Positions 38,961 through 50,595 of a stretch of 64,000 bases of DNA are shown here, one piece after another. Location of the stretch: contig NC_042999.1 in assembly GCF_006345805.1 (NCBI RefSeq), positions 142,724,001 to 142,788,000 on the forward strand. Reading direction: 5' to 3'. The notes beneath the pieces were generated by a model. That model did not search any database. It saw only the letters and a list, made by a program, of their open reading frames with translations, and was not told where the DNA came from. Both the position numbers and the translations under genes were made by a program. This stretch comes from Octopus sinensis (taxonomy: Eukaryota). Position 1 is the stretch's first letter, and each line of letters starts with the position of its first letter.

Positions 38961-40134
38961 TCAGAATGTGCAGTTATTTGTACTGTTATTATTTTTATGT
39001 TTATCTGGTGGCCTTTTGGTTCTGTTTCCATGATGTTCTGTTTGATTGTTAGTGTATGGAGCATTGTGGAATCAATAATCTTTTCTGTTGGAGGTTTTTG
39101 ATGATCCATTTCAATTTTATTGCCACTATCTCTTACGTTATCTGAGATTTTGCAGTCTATCTGTTGCTTATTTTTGTTATTGGCCTTAAACCCTGTGATG
39201 CTTTGACCTGTGATGCTCTGCCATCGGACATTGTTTGGACACAGTGGGACTGAACCCAGAACCATGAGGCTGGGAAGCAAACTTCTTACCACACAGTCAT
39301 GCCTGTGCTCATTAACATTTTACAAAATTTTCAACTCTAGGGTGTGTAAAAGCTATTGGCATGTCACAACACATGGTTCACTTGAAATGTCAACTGATTC
39401 TCATCAGTATCTTGCTCGAAATACCATTTGTCTCTTTCAGTCAAATTAAATCTGCTTGTAGTTTTTTAAGCTAATATTATTTCCGAGCACAAAAACATCA
39501 ACAATGGTTAATCATTGGATTATATGCATGTACATGAGTGTGCATGAATATGTGCATCTGCATTGTGTACATGCATACACATATACACATTTTTTCCATT
39601 TGTGTATACATCTGCTTGTAAGGGATTTAAATGTGTATTTCTGTATTTGTATGATTATGGGAATATAATATGTATCATCATCATCATCATCATCATCATT
39701 TAACGTCCACTTTCCATGCTAGCATGGGTTGGGCGGTTCAACTGGGGTCTGGGGAGCCCGAAGGCTGCACCAGGCCAGTCAGATTTAGCAGTGTTTCTAC
39801 AGCTGGATGCCCTTCCTAAATGTATATATACACATACATATATGTATATATATATATATATGTACGTACGCTGCTATATGTATATATAGATATATAAAAT
39901 GGAACAAAATTGCAATAGAGGACAATAAAACATCCAGGTGTCCTTACAGTTTCGGGCAGTTACACTTGAGACTGTTTGATCTGGTTGCCCCCCAAAAAGT
40001 CCAATCTAAGAAGAGTATAAGATTTTTTGTAAGAAAGCTAATGAATATATATATATATATATATAATATATATATATATATATACAAATACATATTTTAC
40101 ATATATTATTCATATATGTATATGTATATGTGTG

Positions 40135-40166
<32 letters not shown>

Positions 40167-40172
40167 TGTATG

Positions 40173-40249
<77 letters not shown>

Positions 40250-41009
40250 GCTAGCTAGCTAGCTAGCTATATATATATATATTGACAGGCCGCTGGTATT
40301 TATAGAGTATCAAACACTTTCGGTATGCAAATTAGGAACTCCTTCATAGAGTAACTGCTGCAGTTGTTGAGTTATAAACAGTTTGGCTGCTTGCTTCTCT
40401 GGAGAATGTCAGAATGATGCAGACACCTTTGATGAGAGCCCAATAAGATTCGAAAATTGATTGAGGTTGTTCATCATTTTTTCAGTTGTGGGGAAATGGC
40501 AAAAATTTGCCCTGCTTATAATTATACGATATGTTATATATACATATATATATATACACACACATATAATATATATGTGTATATATACATATATATTTAT
40601 GTATCTGTATATATATAAATATATATACACATATATACACACATATATATGTATGTAAGCATATCTATGTGTGTGTGTGTGCAAGTATGTATAAAAATAT
40701 GTATATATGTGTCAGTGTGTCTGTATGTGTGTATCATCATTGTCATTTAATGTCCACTTTTCCATGCTTACATGGCTCAGACGAATTTGTTGAGGCAGAT
40801 TTCCTAAAGTCAGGTGCCCTTTCTGTCACCAACATTTGCTTCTTCCTAAGCAAGGTAATATTTTCTCACAACCAGACATGTTTTCCTGTACAATTATTCA
40901 ATAGACAACTTAAGGGTCTCATTCAGCAGTGCATCTAGTGTAAAAGATATTAGTAGATGCCCCCAAAACCCCATACAGAGGGACGATACTCATGAAGAGT
41001 TAACAGTGA

Positions 41010-41420
41010 GTGCCCTGTAAATGTCGATGCAACTCTGAGACTGTTGTCTACGAACCTGAAATGGTGTCCAACAGTTGCAGCACCAACAACATGAGGATAC
41101 ACATATGGAAATATATTAGTGCAATGGAGGGGCTCTTTAAGGCTAGACTAAATAACCACAGGTCCTCTTTTAGCATTCCAGAGCGGCACAACATTATGAC
41201 ATTATCTAGTTATATATGACATTTAAAAGAAGAGGGAACATCATATAAAATTAACTGGAACAATCTGGGTCATACTTTAATGGAAGCAGATAGTACAAAC
41301 TTTGCTTGCCTGAAAGGACAATGATATTAGAAAATTCGCACAATCCGGGTGACTTTTTGGATTCAAAAAATGAAATTTTTATTTGGTGCCCTCCCAATAG
41401 AAAATTTATTTTGGAGATGT
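41010..41420 (+). mobile_element. Penelope-like GIY-YIG endonuclease remnant
   Basis: CNSETVVYE...WKYISAMEGLFKARLNNHRSSFS...TLSSYI*HLKEEGTSYKINW. Confidence 0.85.
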
Positions 41421-42305
41421 AGTCTTCTCATTTGTGGACTATAGAATAAAAAATGTACATAAACTGACCCAACTGAAATCGTTCAAAGGGAGGTAAATCT
41501 GTCCCTCCCAGAATAAGTGTTTTCGTTTCGGGGATTTTTGCTCCCATTAATACAACCATTCTAACTCATTTATATAATACAATTTGGTCTATTTTTTCAA
41601 ATGTCAAAGTCCTTTGACGATTTGGTGAAGAATACTTACCATAAAAAAAAACTAATGGAAAATAGGTTGAACAAATCTGTTTGAGTGGATTCTCCCTCAA
41701 TCCAAAAGATAATCATTCAATTGTATAACCAACTGAATTATTATGTAATTAATGTGTAGGTGACTGAGTATTCCACAGACACAGGTAAATGAATACTGCC
41801 TTATTATCATACTGAATCAGCATGATAAATAAAGCAGAATCTTTGAATGAGTATAATCAAAAGAGGAGAGAGAAGTGAGAATGAGAGAAAGAGAAAGAGG
41901 GGAGAGAGGGGGAAGGAAGGGGGAGAGGGAAGGAATGTGGAGAAGAATTGACTCCTCCTCCCCAATAATGCTGGAATGATACTAAAGGGGGAAAGTCAAA
42001 GTTGGTCTCGTCAGGATTTGAATTCACAGTGCACACAAAACTAGGATAAATACTTATACAATACTTATAAATAGTTATTCTATCCAACACGTTAACGATT
42101 CCACCAATTCACTAACTCCCAAAACTTACACATGCGTGCGTGCACACACACACACGCATGCCTCTGTGTGTGTGTGTGTGCGCGCGCGCGCGTGTGTGTG
42201 TAAACATACATTTATACACACACAGTCACACACACTCACACAGAGACGAAGGTGGTACTGAAAGTAATGCAAAAGTGGGCATTACTCGTGTGTGTGTGTG
42301 TGTGT

Positions 42306-42341
<36 letters not shown>

Positions 42342-42589
42342 CGTGTGTGTGTGTTGCGTGCGCGTGTGCGTGTGTGTGTGCGTGTGTGCATGCACATATT
42401 ACCGTTTGCAGGTGAAAGTTACTTCTGGATCCGCATCATCAAAGTAGCAGAGTCTAGAGGAAAGGGTTATAACTGACTGTACTATTTCGCTCATCCTTTT
42501 GTCCCCACTATGAACATGGTAGTTAAGTTAGCAGGGATGGAGTGCTAAAGACTAGCAATATCGCTAAGCCCATACCCCATAATAACAAC

Positions 42590-42990
42590 ACAGATAACAG
42601 AGCAGCACAACTCCAGGCTGATGTCAACAGAAGAGGCACAAGAAGTGTGAACACAACCAGCACTCAAGTTTGGAGATATATCGGGTCAGCCAGAACTGCC
42701 TTCAAGCAGTACCTGTACAACCACAAGTCCTCTTTCAGGAGTCCAGAAAGACGATTCGTCATGTCCCTGGCAATCCACATGTGACACCTTAAGGATGAAG
42801 GAACCCCATACGATATTAAGTGGAGGATCATAGAGCAGCCAAAATCCTATATCAACAGGAGCAGACATTGCAAGCCTTGCATAACGGAGCGAGCAAGGAT
42901 CCTCAAAGACTCCCTGTATCCAGATTAACTATTAAATTCCCAACATTAGGTTTATAGTCCCTGCCCTCATTCCCCATTCATCGATTAGAA
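42590..42990 (+). mobile_element. Penelope-like GIY-YIG endonuclease remnant, followed by a pseudo-LTR
   Basis: WRYIGSARTAFKQYLYNHKSSFRSPERR..SLAIHM*HLKDEGTPYDIKWRII..PKSY....HCKPCITERARIL...LLNS...SPCPH. Confidence 0.9.
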
Positions 42991-43197
42991 CAAGAAAAAG
43001 TCCTTACGGGCTAGAAGCAATCTAATGGTGGAGGCTCCCCATTTGTCACTTTAGCGCATATGGACTGCCACCTGACCTGGTCTAATGGAGATAACTCACC
43101 CTCGCCGACCCACAAGGTTTATTTTTTGTTTATTAATTAACTGACCGTAACGGATTTCTACCTCCAGTTTGAAAACATATATGCCCTCCACTATTAA

Positions 43198-43255
43198 GGT
43201 CTGGTGAGTCGTCCATAGAGCTAAGCGTATTATGGATGTGAAACCATTGGTCACT
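43198..43255 (+). ncRNA. Candidate type I hammerhead ribozyme downstream of the Penelope endonuclease
   Basis: ggt-CTGGTGA (A6G deviation)-stem II cgtccata/tatggatg-GAAAC-cattg-GTC-act. Canonical GUC cleavage triplet; stem III ACC/GGT; stem I ggt/act. Confidence 0.6.
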
Positions 43256-43349
43256 CTATGACCGGACATATGCTTAACTGCTTATAAATACATTACTGCT
43301 CTATGCTTTAGAGTGTGCTTTAGAGTGTGCTTCTTTTTCGGATATATTT

Positions 43350-43580
43350 ATCTCTTTACTACCCACAAGGGGCTAAACACAGAGGGGACAAACAAGGACA
43401 GACAAACGGATTAAGTCGATTACATCGACCCCAGTGCGTGACTGGTACTTAATTTATCGACCCCGAAAGGATGAAAGGCAAAGTCGACCTCGGCGGAATT
43501 TGAACTCAGAACGCAGCGGCGGACGAAATACCGCAAAGCATTTCGCCCGGCGTGCTAACGATTCTGCCAGCTCGCCGCCT
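43350..43580 (-). mobile_element. SINE family A monomer, young, with TSD
   Basis: Full head, core and tail. Flanking ctttttcggatatat at 43333-43347 and 43579-43593. Confidence 0.9.
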
Positions 43581-43631
43581 TTTTCGGATATATGATACAT
43601 TGACCATGTATGCGCGTGCGTGTGTGTGTGT

Positions 43632-44225
43632 GTGTTAAATAAAATAAGATAATGAGGCCAAGGCAATTTGACATTCCTAGGACATTTATAAATGGAAAGG
43701 TGGTGTTACAGCTGTTTCAGGCAAATAAGTGATATCCCATCATCAGAGACGAGTTAAAAGAGCTTCAATAGAAGGAATTAATAAAGTTCGTTTTTTTAGA
43801 AGTTATTCTGGAGAGGGAGAGATATACAAGAAATTAGATATAATGCAGAGAGTGTAAAAGGAAGATATGAAAATAAAAATGCCTGTTGGATGTTAAAGTT
43901 GCTGTTCAGTTATCCAAGAAATGTGTTGTGTAGAATGGGTAACGAGTCTTCTTGTCCATGATGTGTAAAGTCCGATAAGAATTCTTTCATATCTTCCTTT
44001 TATACTCTCTGCATTATATCTAATTTTTTGTATAATCTCTCCCTCCCTAAAATAACTTCTAAAAAAATGAACTCTACTAATTCCTTTTATAGAAGCTCTT
44101 TTATCTCGTCTTTCGTAATAGGATATCATTTATTTCCCCAAAGTAGCTGTAAGACCACCTTTCTATTTATAAATGTCCTAGGAATATCAAATTACTTTGG
44201 TCTTGTTATCTATTTTATTTAACAC
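43632..44225. repeat. Fold-back element: ~240-bp inverted pseudo-LTR-like arms with a ~110-bp spacer
   Basis: 43632-43872 is the reverse complement of 43985-44225, e.g. attcctaggacatttataaat / atttataaatgtcctaggaat and aattagatataatgcagagag / ctctctgcattatatctaatt. Confidence 0.9.
43704..43749 (-). ncRNA. Candidate minimal hammerhead ribozyme in the left fold-back arm
   Basis: Minus strand: tct-CTGATGA-t-gggatat-cactt-atttgcc-t-GAAAC-agct-GTA-aca. The core is intact and stems I and II are imperfect. A decayed counterpart lies at about 44108-44154. Confidence 0.6.
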
Positions 44226-44411
44226 GTACACGTTCAAACCCGACCTGCCTTAAATTCCTCACTCATGCTATTATTGAACCGGGAGCTTAACAGCAGTCCT
44301 TCCTTAGCAGTTACATAGCCTTACCTATCTTCTGGGTCTTCTGGGTCTTCTGGACACCAAAACATCTCATATTATATGTATATATATATATATATATAAT
44401 ATATATATATA

Positions 44412-44632
44412 TATTTCTTTACTACCCACAAGGGGCTAAACATGGAGAGGACGGACAAAGGGATTAAGTCGATTATATCGACCCCATTGCGAAACTGGTA
44501 CTTTATTTATCGACCCCGAAAGGATGAAAGGCAAAGTCAACCTCGGCGGAATTTGAACTCAGAACGTAGCGACAGACGAAATACCGCTGAGCATTTCGCC
44601 CGGCGCGCTAACGTTTCTGCCAGCTCGCCGCC
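44412..44632 (-). mobile_element. SINE family A monomer inserted in (TA)n
   Basis: Full head, core and tail, with (TA)n on both sides. Confidence 0.9.
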
Positions 44633-44899
44633 TATATATATATATATATATACATACACAGCTTCGATAAGAATATGCATAAAAGTATTTCAAGACATAA
44701 ATAATTATCTGTAACTCAGCAACTCAAAATAGAAACGATGTGAATTTATGGATAATAAAAAAAATGCGTAGAGTAATAAAATATTTTAAACGACCTATTT
44801 AAATAACAATTGTACACATGCATCAATAACTGGCTTTTGAAACGTGCACAATGGCTTATAATGGTTATTTAAATAAATCCTTTTAATAATATGTGTAAG

Positions 44900-45730
44900 T
44901 GAGTGTGGATGAGTGAGTATAAATGAACTTGTGGCAATACAGTGCACTACAACTAAGGGGAAGAGTCATCAGGTGTACTGTTGGCGGATTTCAGGAAGCA
45001 TAGAAGTTTCGAAGGATGTAGTGTCTCGATTGCTAACGACTGATACAGGTGATTTATTCTACGCTTCAGAAATTCTGAGCGTGAAAAAATGTTTCCGAAA
45101 GTCATGGGTACTGTGTTGTTTTTTTGATTTAGTAAGCACTTCCACGAGTGTTTGTCATATGGTATTCAAGGCGGCGAGATGGCAGAAACGTTAGCACGCC
45201 GGGCGAAATGCTTAGCCGTATTTCGTCTGTCGCTACGTTCTGAGTTCAAATTCCGCCGAGGTCGACTTTGCCTTTCATCCTTTCGGGGTCGATTCAATAA
45301 GTACCATTTACGATGTAATCGACTTAATCCGTGTGTCTGTCCTTGTTTGTCCTCTCTGTGTTTAGCCCCTTGTGGGTAGTAACGAAATAGGTATTCAAAA
45401 GGTACCCAAGGTTGTTATTGGTAAGATGGTGGATAATCTTGTAGGTGTTTACCAAGTCAGTTACCAGACGTCTGAGCTTCAGTGTGCCTATGCCCAGGGA
45501 AGCAAGACGTTCAGAGTATGGAGGATGCCTGACGGCGGGTATTCGTTTTGTTGCACGTTTCTGAACAGTTTCCAGGAGATTTATACATCACTAGACTGGT
45601 GATGTAAATTCTAAGTGTGGACGTACCATCGTCATATATGGTTTTAAATAGATAGCTGGGGTGCGGCTGACAAAGGTCTTACTGAGTGATGCTAGGACAT
45701 CATCAGACTTCTTGACACTCTTAGAGATTG
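44900..45730 (-). mobile_element. CR1-group LINE 3' fragment interrupted by a SINE
   Basis: Minus strand: LSKTFVSRTPAIYLKPYMTMVRPHLEF...LLETVQKRATKRIP...PYSERL...LKLRRLVTDLVNTYKII, then HDFRKHFFTLRISEA*NK.P. Confidence 0.85.
45170..45389 (+). mobile_element. SINE family A monomer nested in the CR1 fragment, 9-bp TSD
   Basis: ggtattcaa at 45161-45169 and 45390-45398. Confidence 0.9.
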
Positions 45731-45837
45731 TTTGTTTGTTTGTTTGTTTGTTTGTTTGTTTGTATGTATGTATGTATGTATGTATGTATGTATGTATGTA
45801 TGTATGTATGTATGTATGTATTTATGTATGTATGTAG

Positions 45838-46010
45838 GGAGAGTTCACCAAAAAAACAAAAGACGAAGACAGGTGGTGTAGAAAAACAGATGTATTAGTA
45901 TAACGCTCAGGAATTGAAAATGTCTTTTATGTTTCGAGCCTACGCTCTTTTATAGACACAGAAAGAAACAAGGAGAGAAACAAGGAAAGAGAAAATGTGT
46001 GTAGTGGCTA
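45838..46010 (-). mobile_element. PLE pseudo-LTR-like repeat (inverted relative to 47800-47990)
   Basis: gtttcgagcctacgctctt and acaaaagacgaag.caggtgg are reverse complements of sequence at 47860-47970. Adjacent 46020-46160 has a weak GIY-YIG-like remnant (ISGCGKNYV). Confidence 0.65.
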
Positions 46011-46479
46011 TCGATCTATAAACTTCATATTTGCAGTTTGTGTGTTGGTGTCCCAGTAAAAAGACTTCTTTTACATAGTTCTTTCCGCAGCCAGATATAA
46101 CTTGCAATTCCTGATACAAATGGAGTAAGACTTGCACTTTTCCAGCACTTGTACTGATCATTGTTCTTTCATTTTCCTTTTACTTCGAAGATCACAGAAG
46201 GTGTAGTATCACCAACCACGTGACATCTCGGGCGAATGCCCGAGTTGCTGGTATCTTCAAACAACGCTGAGTGTTGAAGAGGGGAAACATCATTGGTACA
46301 GACATGCGATGTATATTGAAGAAAACAATTCAGTAAAGAAGTGCCGAGCAGTATAAGTGAATAGAATTTAGAATAAGAAAGACCTGAGCAGACATGCGAA
46401 GTGGTGCAAGCTTATTTCAGAATGTTGAGACCCGCGAAGATGACAAAGGACGGCAAGAGGTGATGTCACTCTATGCTGC

Positions 46480-46614
46480 AAAAGACTGGTCATCGTCGTC
46501 GTCGTCAAAAGACTGGTCATCGTCGTCGTCGTCAAAAGACTGGTCATCGTCGTCGTCGTCAAAAGACTGGTCATCGTCGTCGTCGTCAAAAGACTGGTCA
46601 TCGTCGTCGTCGTC
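46480..46614. repeat. Perfect 27-bp minisatellite x5 (AAAAGACTGGTCATCGTCGTCGTCGTC)
   Basis: Units start at 46480, 46507, 46534, 46561 and 46588. Confidence 0.95.
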
Positions 46615-46740
46615 ATCATCATCATCATCATCCGCCACCCCTAATCAGCTATCCAATTATTTACAATTTGTCATTTTCAACATATTCCGCTAACTTTCAA
46701 TTTCATATCAAACACATAAGGACCACCAACGATTATCGCG

Positions 46741-46801
<61 letters not shown>

Positions 46802-47171
46802 TTATCTATCTATCTAGAGAAAGAGAGAGAGAGGGGGGTAGACAGACAGATAGAAACAGAGAGAAAGAGAGACTTGTAAGTATATATGAGAGACTTGTGA
46901 GTATATATGACGAGTGAATTAATGCAAAAGAAAGTGCTTGTATTAGAGGGAAGATACCAGTGACTATATTGTGCATGGACATAGAACAGGACATTGAGTA
47001 TAGTTTTCCATGCGTGAGAGAGTGGGAGGAAGAGACAGAGAAATTGAGAGTGCGCGCCCATGAGAATGAGCGTGTGGGCGCGTTTGTGTATTTGTGAGTA
47101 CATGTGTTTGGAATTTTTTCCACATGACTTAGTTAAAGGAATAAGGGTGGAGTCCATTATCGCTTTTGGTA

Positions 47172-47209
<38 letters not shown>

Positions 47210-47434
47210 TGTGTGTGTGTGTGTATGGGGCGGAAAGTTAGTTATCTTCAGGCGAAAGACCTGAACAGAATACTTATATCTGAGTTCCGATAAAGGTTCC
47301 CTGGGGATAAGTGGGGCTGTCAAGAGGGGCGACAGATAAGGTATTTTCGACATGGATTGTGTGAACGAGAGGTTTTATATGAGAGAGTAAGTTTAATTAA
47401 TTGTTTGTTTGCGTTTCTGTGCGTTTGTATATAT

Positions 47435-47585
47435 GAGGGGGTGCTGAAAAGTTCCTGGCTTTAAGGGTGTCGTGAAAGGCTTGGTTGGAGGCCCAAGCTT
47501 CTGAGTTCTTTTACAGGGATTAGAAAAACTAAAGGACCGCTGCAATAAGTGTGCGAGAGAAGAATATGTTGATTAAAATCATAAT
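47435..47585 (+). mobile_element. Mariner-like MITE end fragment
   Basis: TA|TGAGGGGGTGCTGAAAAGTTCCTGGCTT resembles mariner TIRs. No partner TIR was found. Confidence 0.55.
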
Positions 47586-47854
47586 TAACTAATACTCCTG
47601 TATATATATATATATATATATATATAGCATTATTAAATTTCAGAGCGAGATGTAAACAGTAACCGCTCGACAATGTAAAGTATAAAAGCCATCTCAATAT
47701 GGCTAACCACAATGATCTCCTGGGGCTAAAAAGCTACAGTAACACCCCCCCCACTTTGTGGTTAGCCATATTGAGATGGCTTCATGTTGATTCGCTAGCT
47801 TCTGCACGCATTTTTTTTCTCTCCTTGTTTCTTTCCGTGTTTCTTTTCTGTGTA

Positions 47855-47892
47855 TCTTTCTGTTGAAGAGCGTAGGCTCGAAACGTAAAAGA
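47855..47892 (+). ncRNA. Minimal type I hammerhead-like motif
   Basis: TCTTT-CTGTTGA (A6U deviation)-A-GAGC-gtag-GCTC-GAAAC-GTA-AAAGA. Perfect 5-bp stem I and 4-bp stem II; loopless palindromic stem III (ACGT). Confidence 0.6.
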
Positions 47893-47988
47893 CTTGTTTT
47901 ATTTATATTCCTGAGCGCCATACTAATACAATTGTTTGTTTGTATTCCACCTGCTTCGTCTTTTGTTTATTTTCATAAAGCTTCCCGT

Positions 47989-48020
<32 letters not shown>

Positions 48021-48604
48021 CAGCATAGAAGATAGTGTTGAGATGATTGTGGTGAGATGATTCTTTCGTAAGTTAATTATGAAGTCCCAGCAATTCCTTT
48101 GCGTTGTCTTCATGAAATTTCTGCTGCAGTGGTTTGTCTCCTGATGCTGAGCTGGAGTTAGTTCGCAAAATAGGGCTCACCATTTTGGATTCCTTTAATG
48201 TAACCGAAGTCGAATGGATCTGGTGTGGATAACAGCTCTGTTGTGGATTCTATTCTTAGTAAATGAAACGCCAATGCCGACTATCTTCGTTTCGTTTATA
48301 AATTTCAATTCATCCTCTTCTACCACATAGGAAGATTCCCTTTTCCTTCTGTTCGCTATGTTTGGACTTTAGCATAACTTCAAGTTTATCATGAGCTTGC
48401 TACCGGGATCTGATGTTTCGTTCGTTGACACCGAAACATCTCTACAGTATGCTTCATCATTCCTAGCTTATCAACCCCAAAATAGCTCATACGTCAGGTG
48501 AGATGTACGTTGACGGCAATCGTATGAGAAAAAGTTTTTCTGTTATCTATTTCTATTTACGTATAATTATTTATAGACAATTTGATAATTATGCATTATT
48601 ATTC

Positions 48605-49240
48605 TAGCACGACGGACAAAATGCTTATAGGCATTTCTTCCTGGTCCTTATTTTGAGTTCAAATATCGCTAAAGTTAATTCTAAGGCGGCGAACTGGCAG
48701 AATCGTTAGCACGCCGGGCGAAATGTGTAGCCGTATTTCGTCTGCCGTTACGTTCTGAGTTCAAATTCCGCCGTGGTCGACTTTGCCTTTCATCCTTTCG
48801 GGGTCGATAAACTAAGTACCAGTTACGCACTGGGGTCGAAATAATCGACTTAATCCGTTTGTCTGTCCTTGTTTGTCCCCTCTGTGTTTAGCCCCTTGTG
48901 GGTAATAAAGAAACAGAAATAGGTATTTCGTCTGCCGTTAAGTTCTGAGTTCAAATTCCGCCGAGGTCGACTTTGCCTTTCATCCTTTCGGGGTCGATTA
49001 AATAAGTACCAGTTACGCACTGGGGTCGATATAAACGACTTAATCCGTTTGTCTATCCTTGTCTGCCCCCTCTGTGTGTAGCCACTAGTGGGCAGTAAAG
49101 AAATAGGTATTTCTTCTGGTTTTTTACATTCTGAGTTCAAATACCACTGAGGTTGACTTTGCCTTTCATCTTTTCGGAGTCAATGAAATAAGTGCAGTTA
49201 AGCACTAAGATCGCTGTAATCGACTATCCTCTCCCCCACT
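48605..49240 (+). mobile_element. SINE family A multimer (old head, young head plus two young cores, old core)
   Basis: Young head at 48685. Junctions agaaata|ggtattt at 48922 and 49106. Confidence 0.9.
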
Positions 49241-49417
49241 GCTCTATGGACCGGTGGTATTTGTTACAGTTTCCGAGTAATGGATACTTATTGGACAAAA
49301 TCAACTTACCCACATTTCCTAACTTATATGAGACTGACAAAAAAATTCTCTGGTAAACGCTATATGTCATAATTATTAATGTGCGCGTGAGCATTTGACT
49401 GAGTTTAACTGTTAGCA

Positions 49418-49450
<33 letters not shown>

Positions 49451-49674
49451 CGCAAACTGTGTTGAATGATTAAGATGTGCGTATATGGAATTACCGTAAG
49501 TTGGTAAAAGACGAGGACTTTTACTGCAGAGTAGTTGTTGTACTAGATGGCAGAAAAAGGCACTTCTGGTGAAGCAAATAACAAGATCTGGGCTTTAGGG
49601 GCGGATCGTTCTTTCTGAAGTTTGTAAATGTTTGACATGTAATAAATAACAGTTCAACAAATCGTCATCTTTTA

Positions 49675-50595
49675 TCTACTATATGTGTGGGGAAATTCTG
49701 TCTCTTGGTGTGTTTGTGGAGTTGTTAGCTAACTCCTCCTACATCGTTTTATCGATTTTGATGAAACTTGATGCGTGAGTAGAACTTATGTCTGGAAACC
49801 TCATGGCATACTCAGATTGTTGCAAAAAATCGATAATAGGGCCCTTGGAATGGATCCTTATATATATATATTATTTTAAAAACCAAGGGAAATAACCCAT
49901 TCGCCCCTGGAATGGATACTTATATATAGCCAAGGGAAATCGCCCATTTATTTTCCAAATTATTTGGTAAAAATGAAATTGAGTATGCTTATTTCTCAGA
50001 ATTTGAACTGTTAGAGTTATTTTTGCAATTTATCCAGTACAACCCTTAAACAAGTAAATAGTATTTTCCTAAACAATAGATCCACTTATTTCGGTTAGGG
50101 ATTTATTTACGAATATACCAACACTAGCGCCACTGAAGGTAATATTCTCTGGGAACGCACAAAAGCCCTTTTAAGGGTTATTTACTTTGAATTGTTATTA
50201 TCTCATATCTGATTATCCTGTTATTACGTTAAATGCTTCTCGATTTTAATATACATACCCTATTAGTATTTCCCCCTAAGTTCTATATACTCTGGGAACG
50301 CATTAAAGCCCTTTTCAGGGTTACTTTATTTGAATTCTTACTATAGGGTAGCTAATTTCATGTTATTACATAAGTGACTTCACAATTTGGGTATTCATAA
50401 CTTATTGGGAATTCCTAAAAACAAGAATTCCAATAAGTTAAGTGTAAGACTGTTCTGTATTCTCTGAAAATGCACAAAAACCGTTTTAAGGGCTACATAC
50501 TTTGTATTGTTGTTATTGGATAAGCGAAACAATTATGAGAACGAAACCAAGGGATAAGCCCCACTTTCCCGGGAATTACCGGGTACGTCAGCTAG
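49675..50595 (+). mobile_element. Complete non-autonomous Helitron, 921 bp
   Basis: A|TCTACTATAT 5' end; hairpin CCCGG-gaatta-CCGGG (50568-50583); CTAG|T 3' end. Internal duplications at about 49840-49960 and about 50150-50350. Confidence 0.9.

Noticed and set aside
39940-40350. Further hammerhead-like GAAA motifs on the minus strand
   Set aside because: I could not place a convincing core together with stems I and II; too decayed to call.
46480-46614. CRISPR-like appearance of 27-bp repeats
   Set aside because: The units are contiguous and identical with no unique spacers, there are no cas genes, and the context is eukaryotic.
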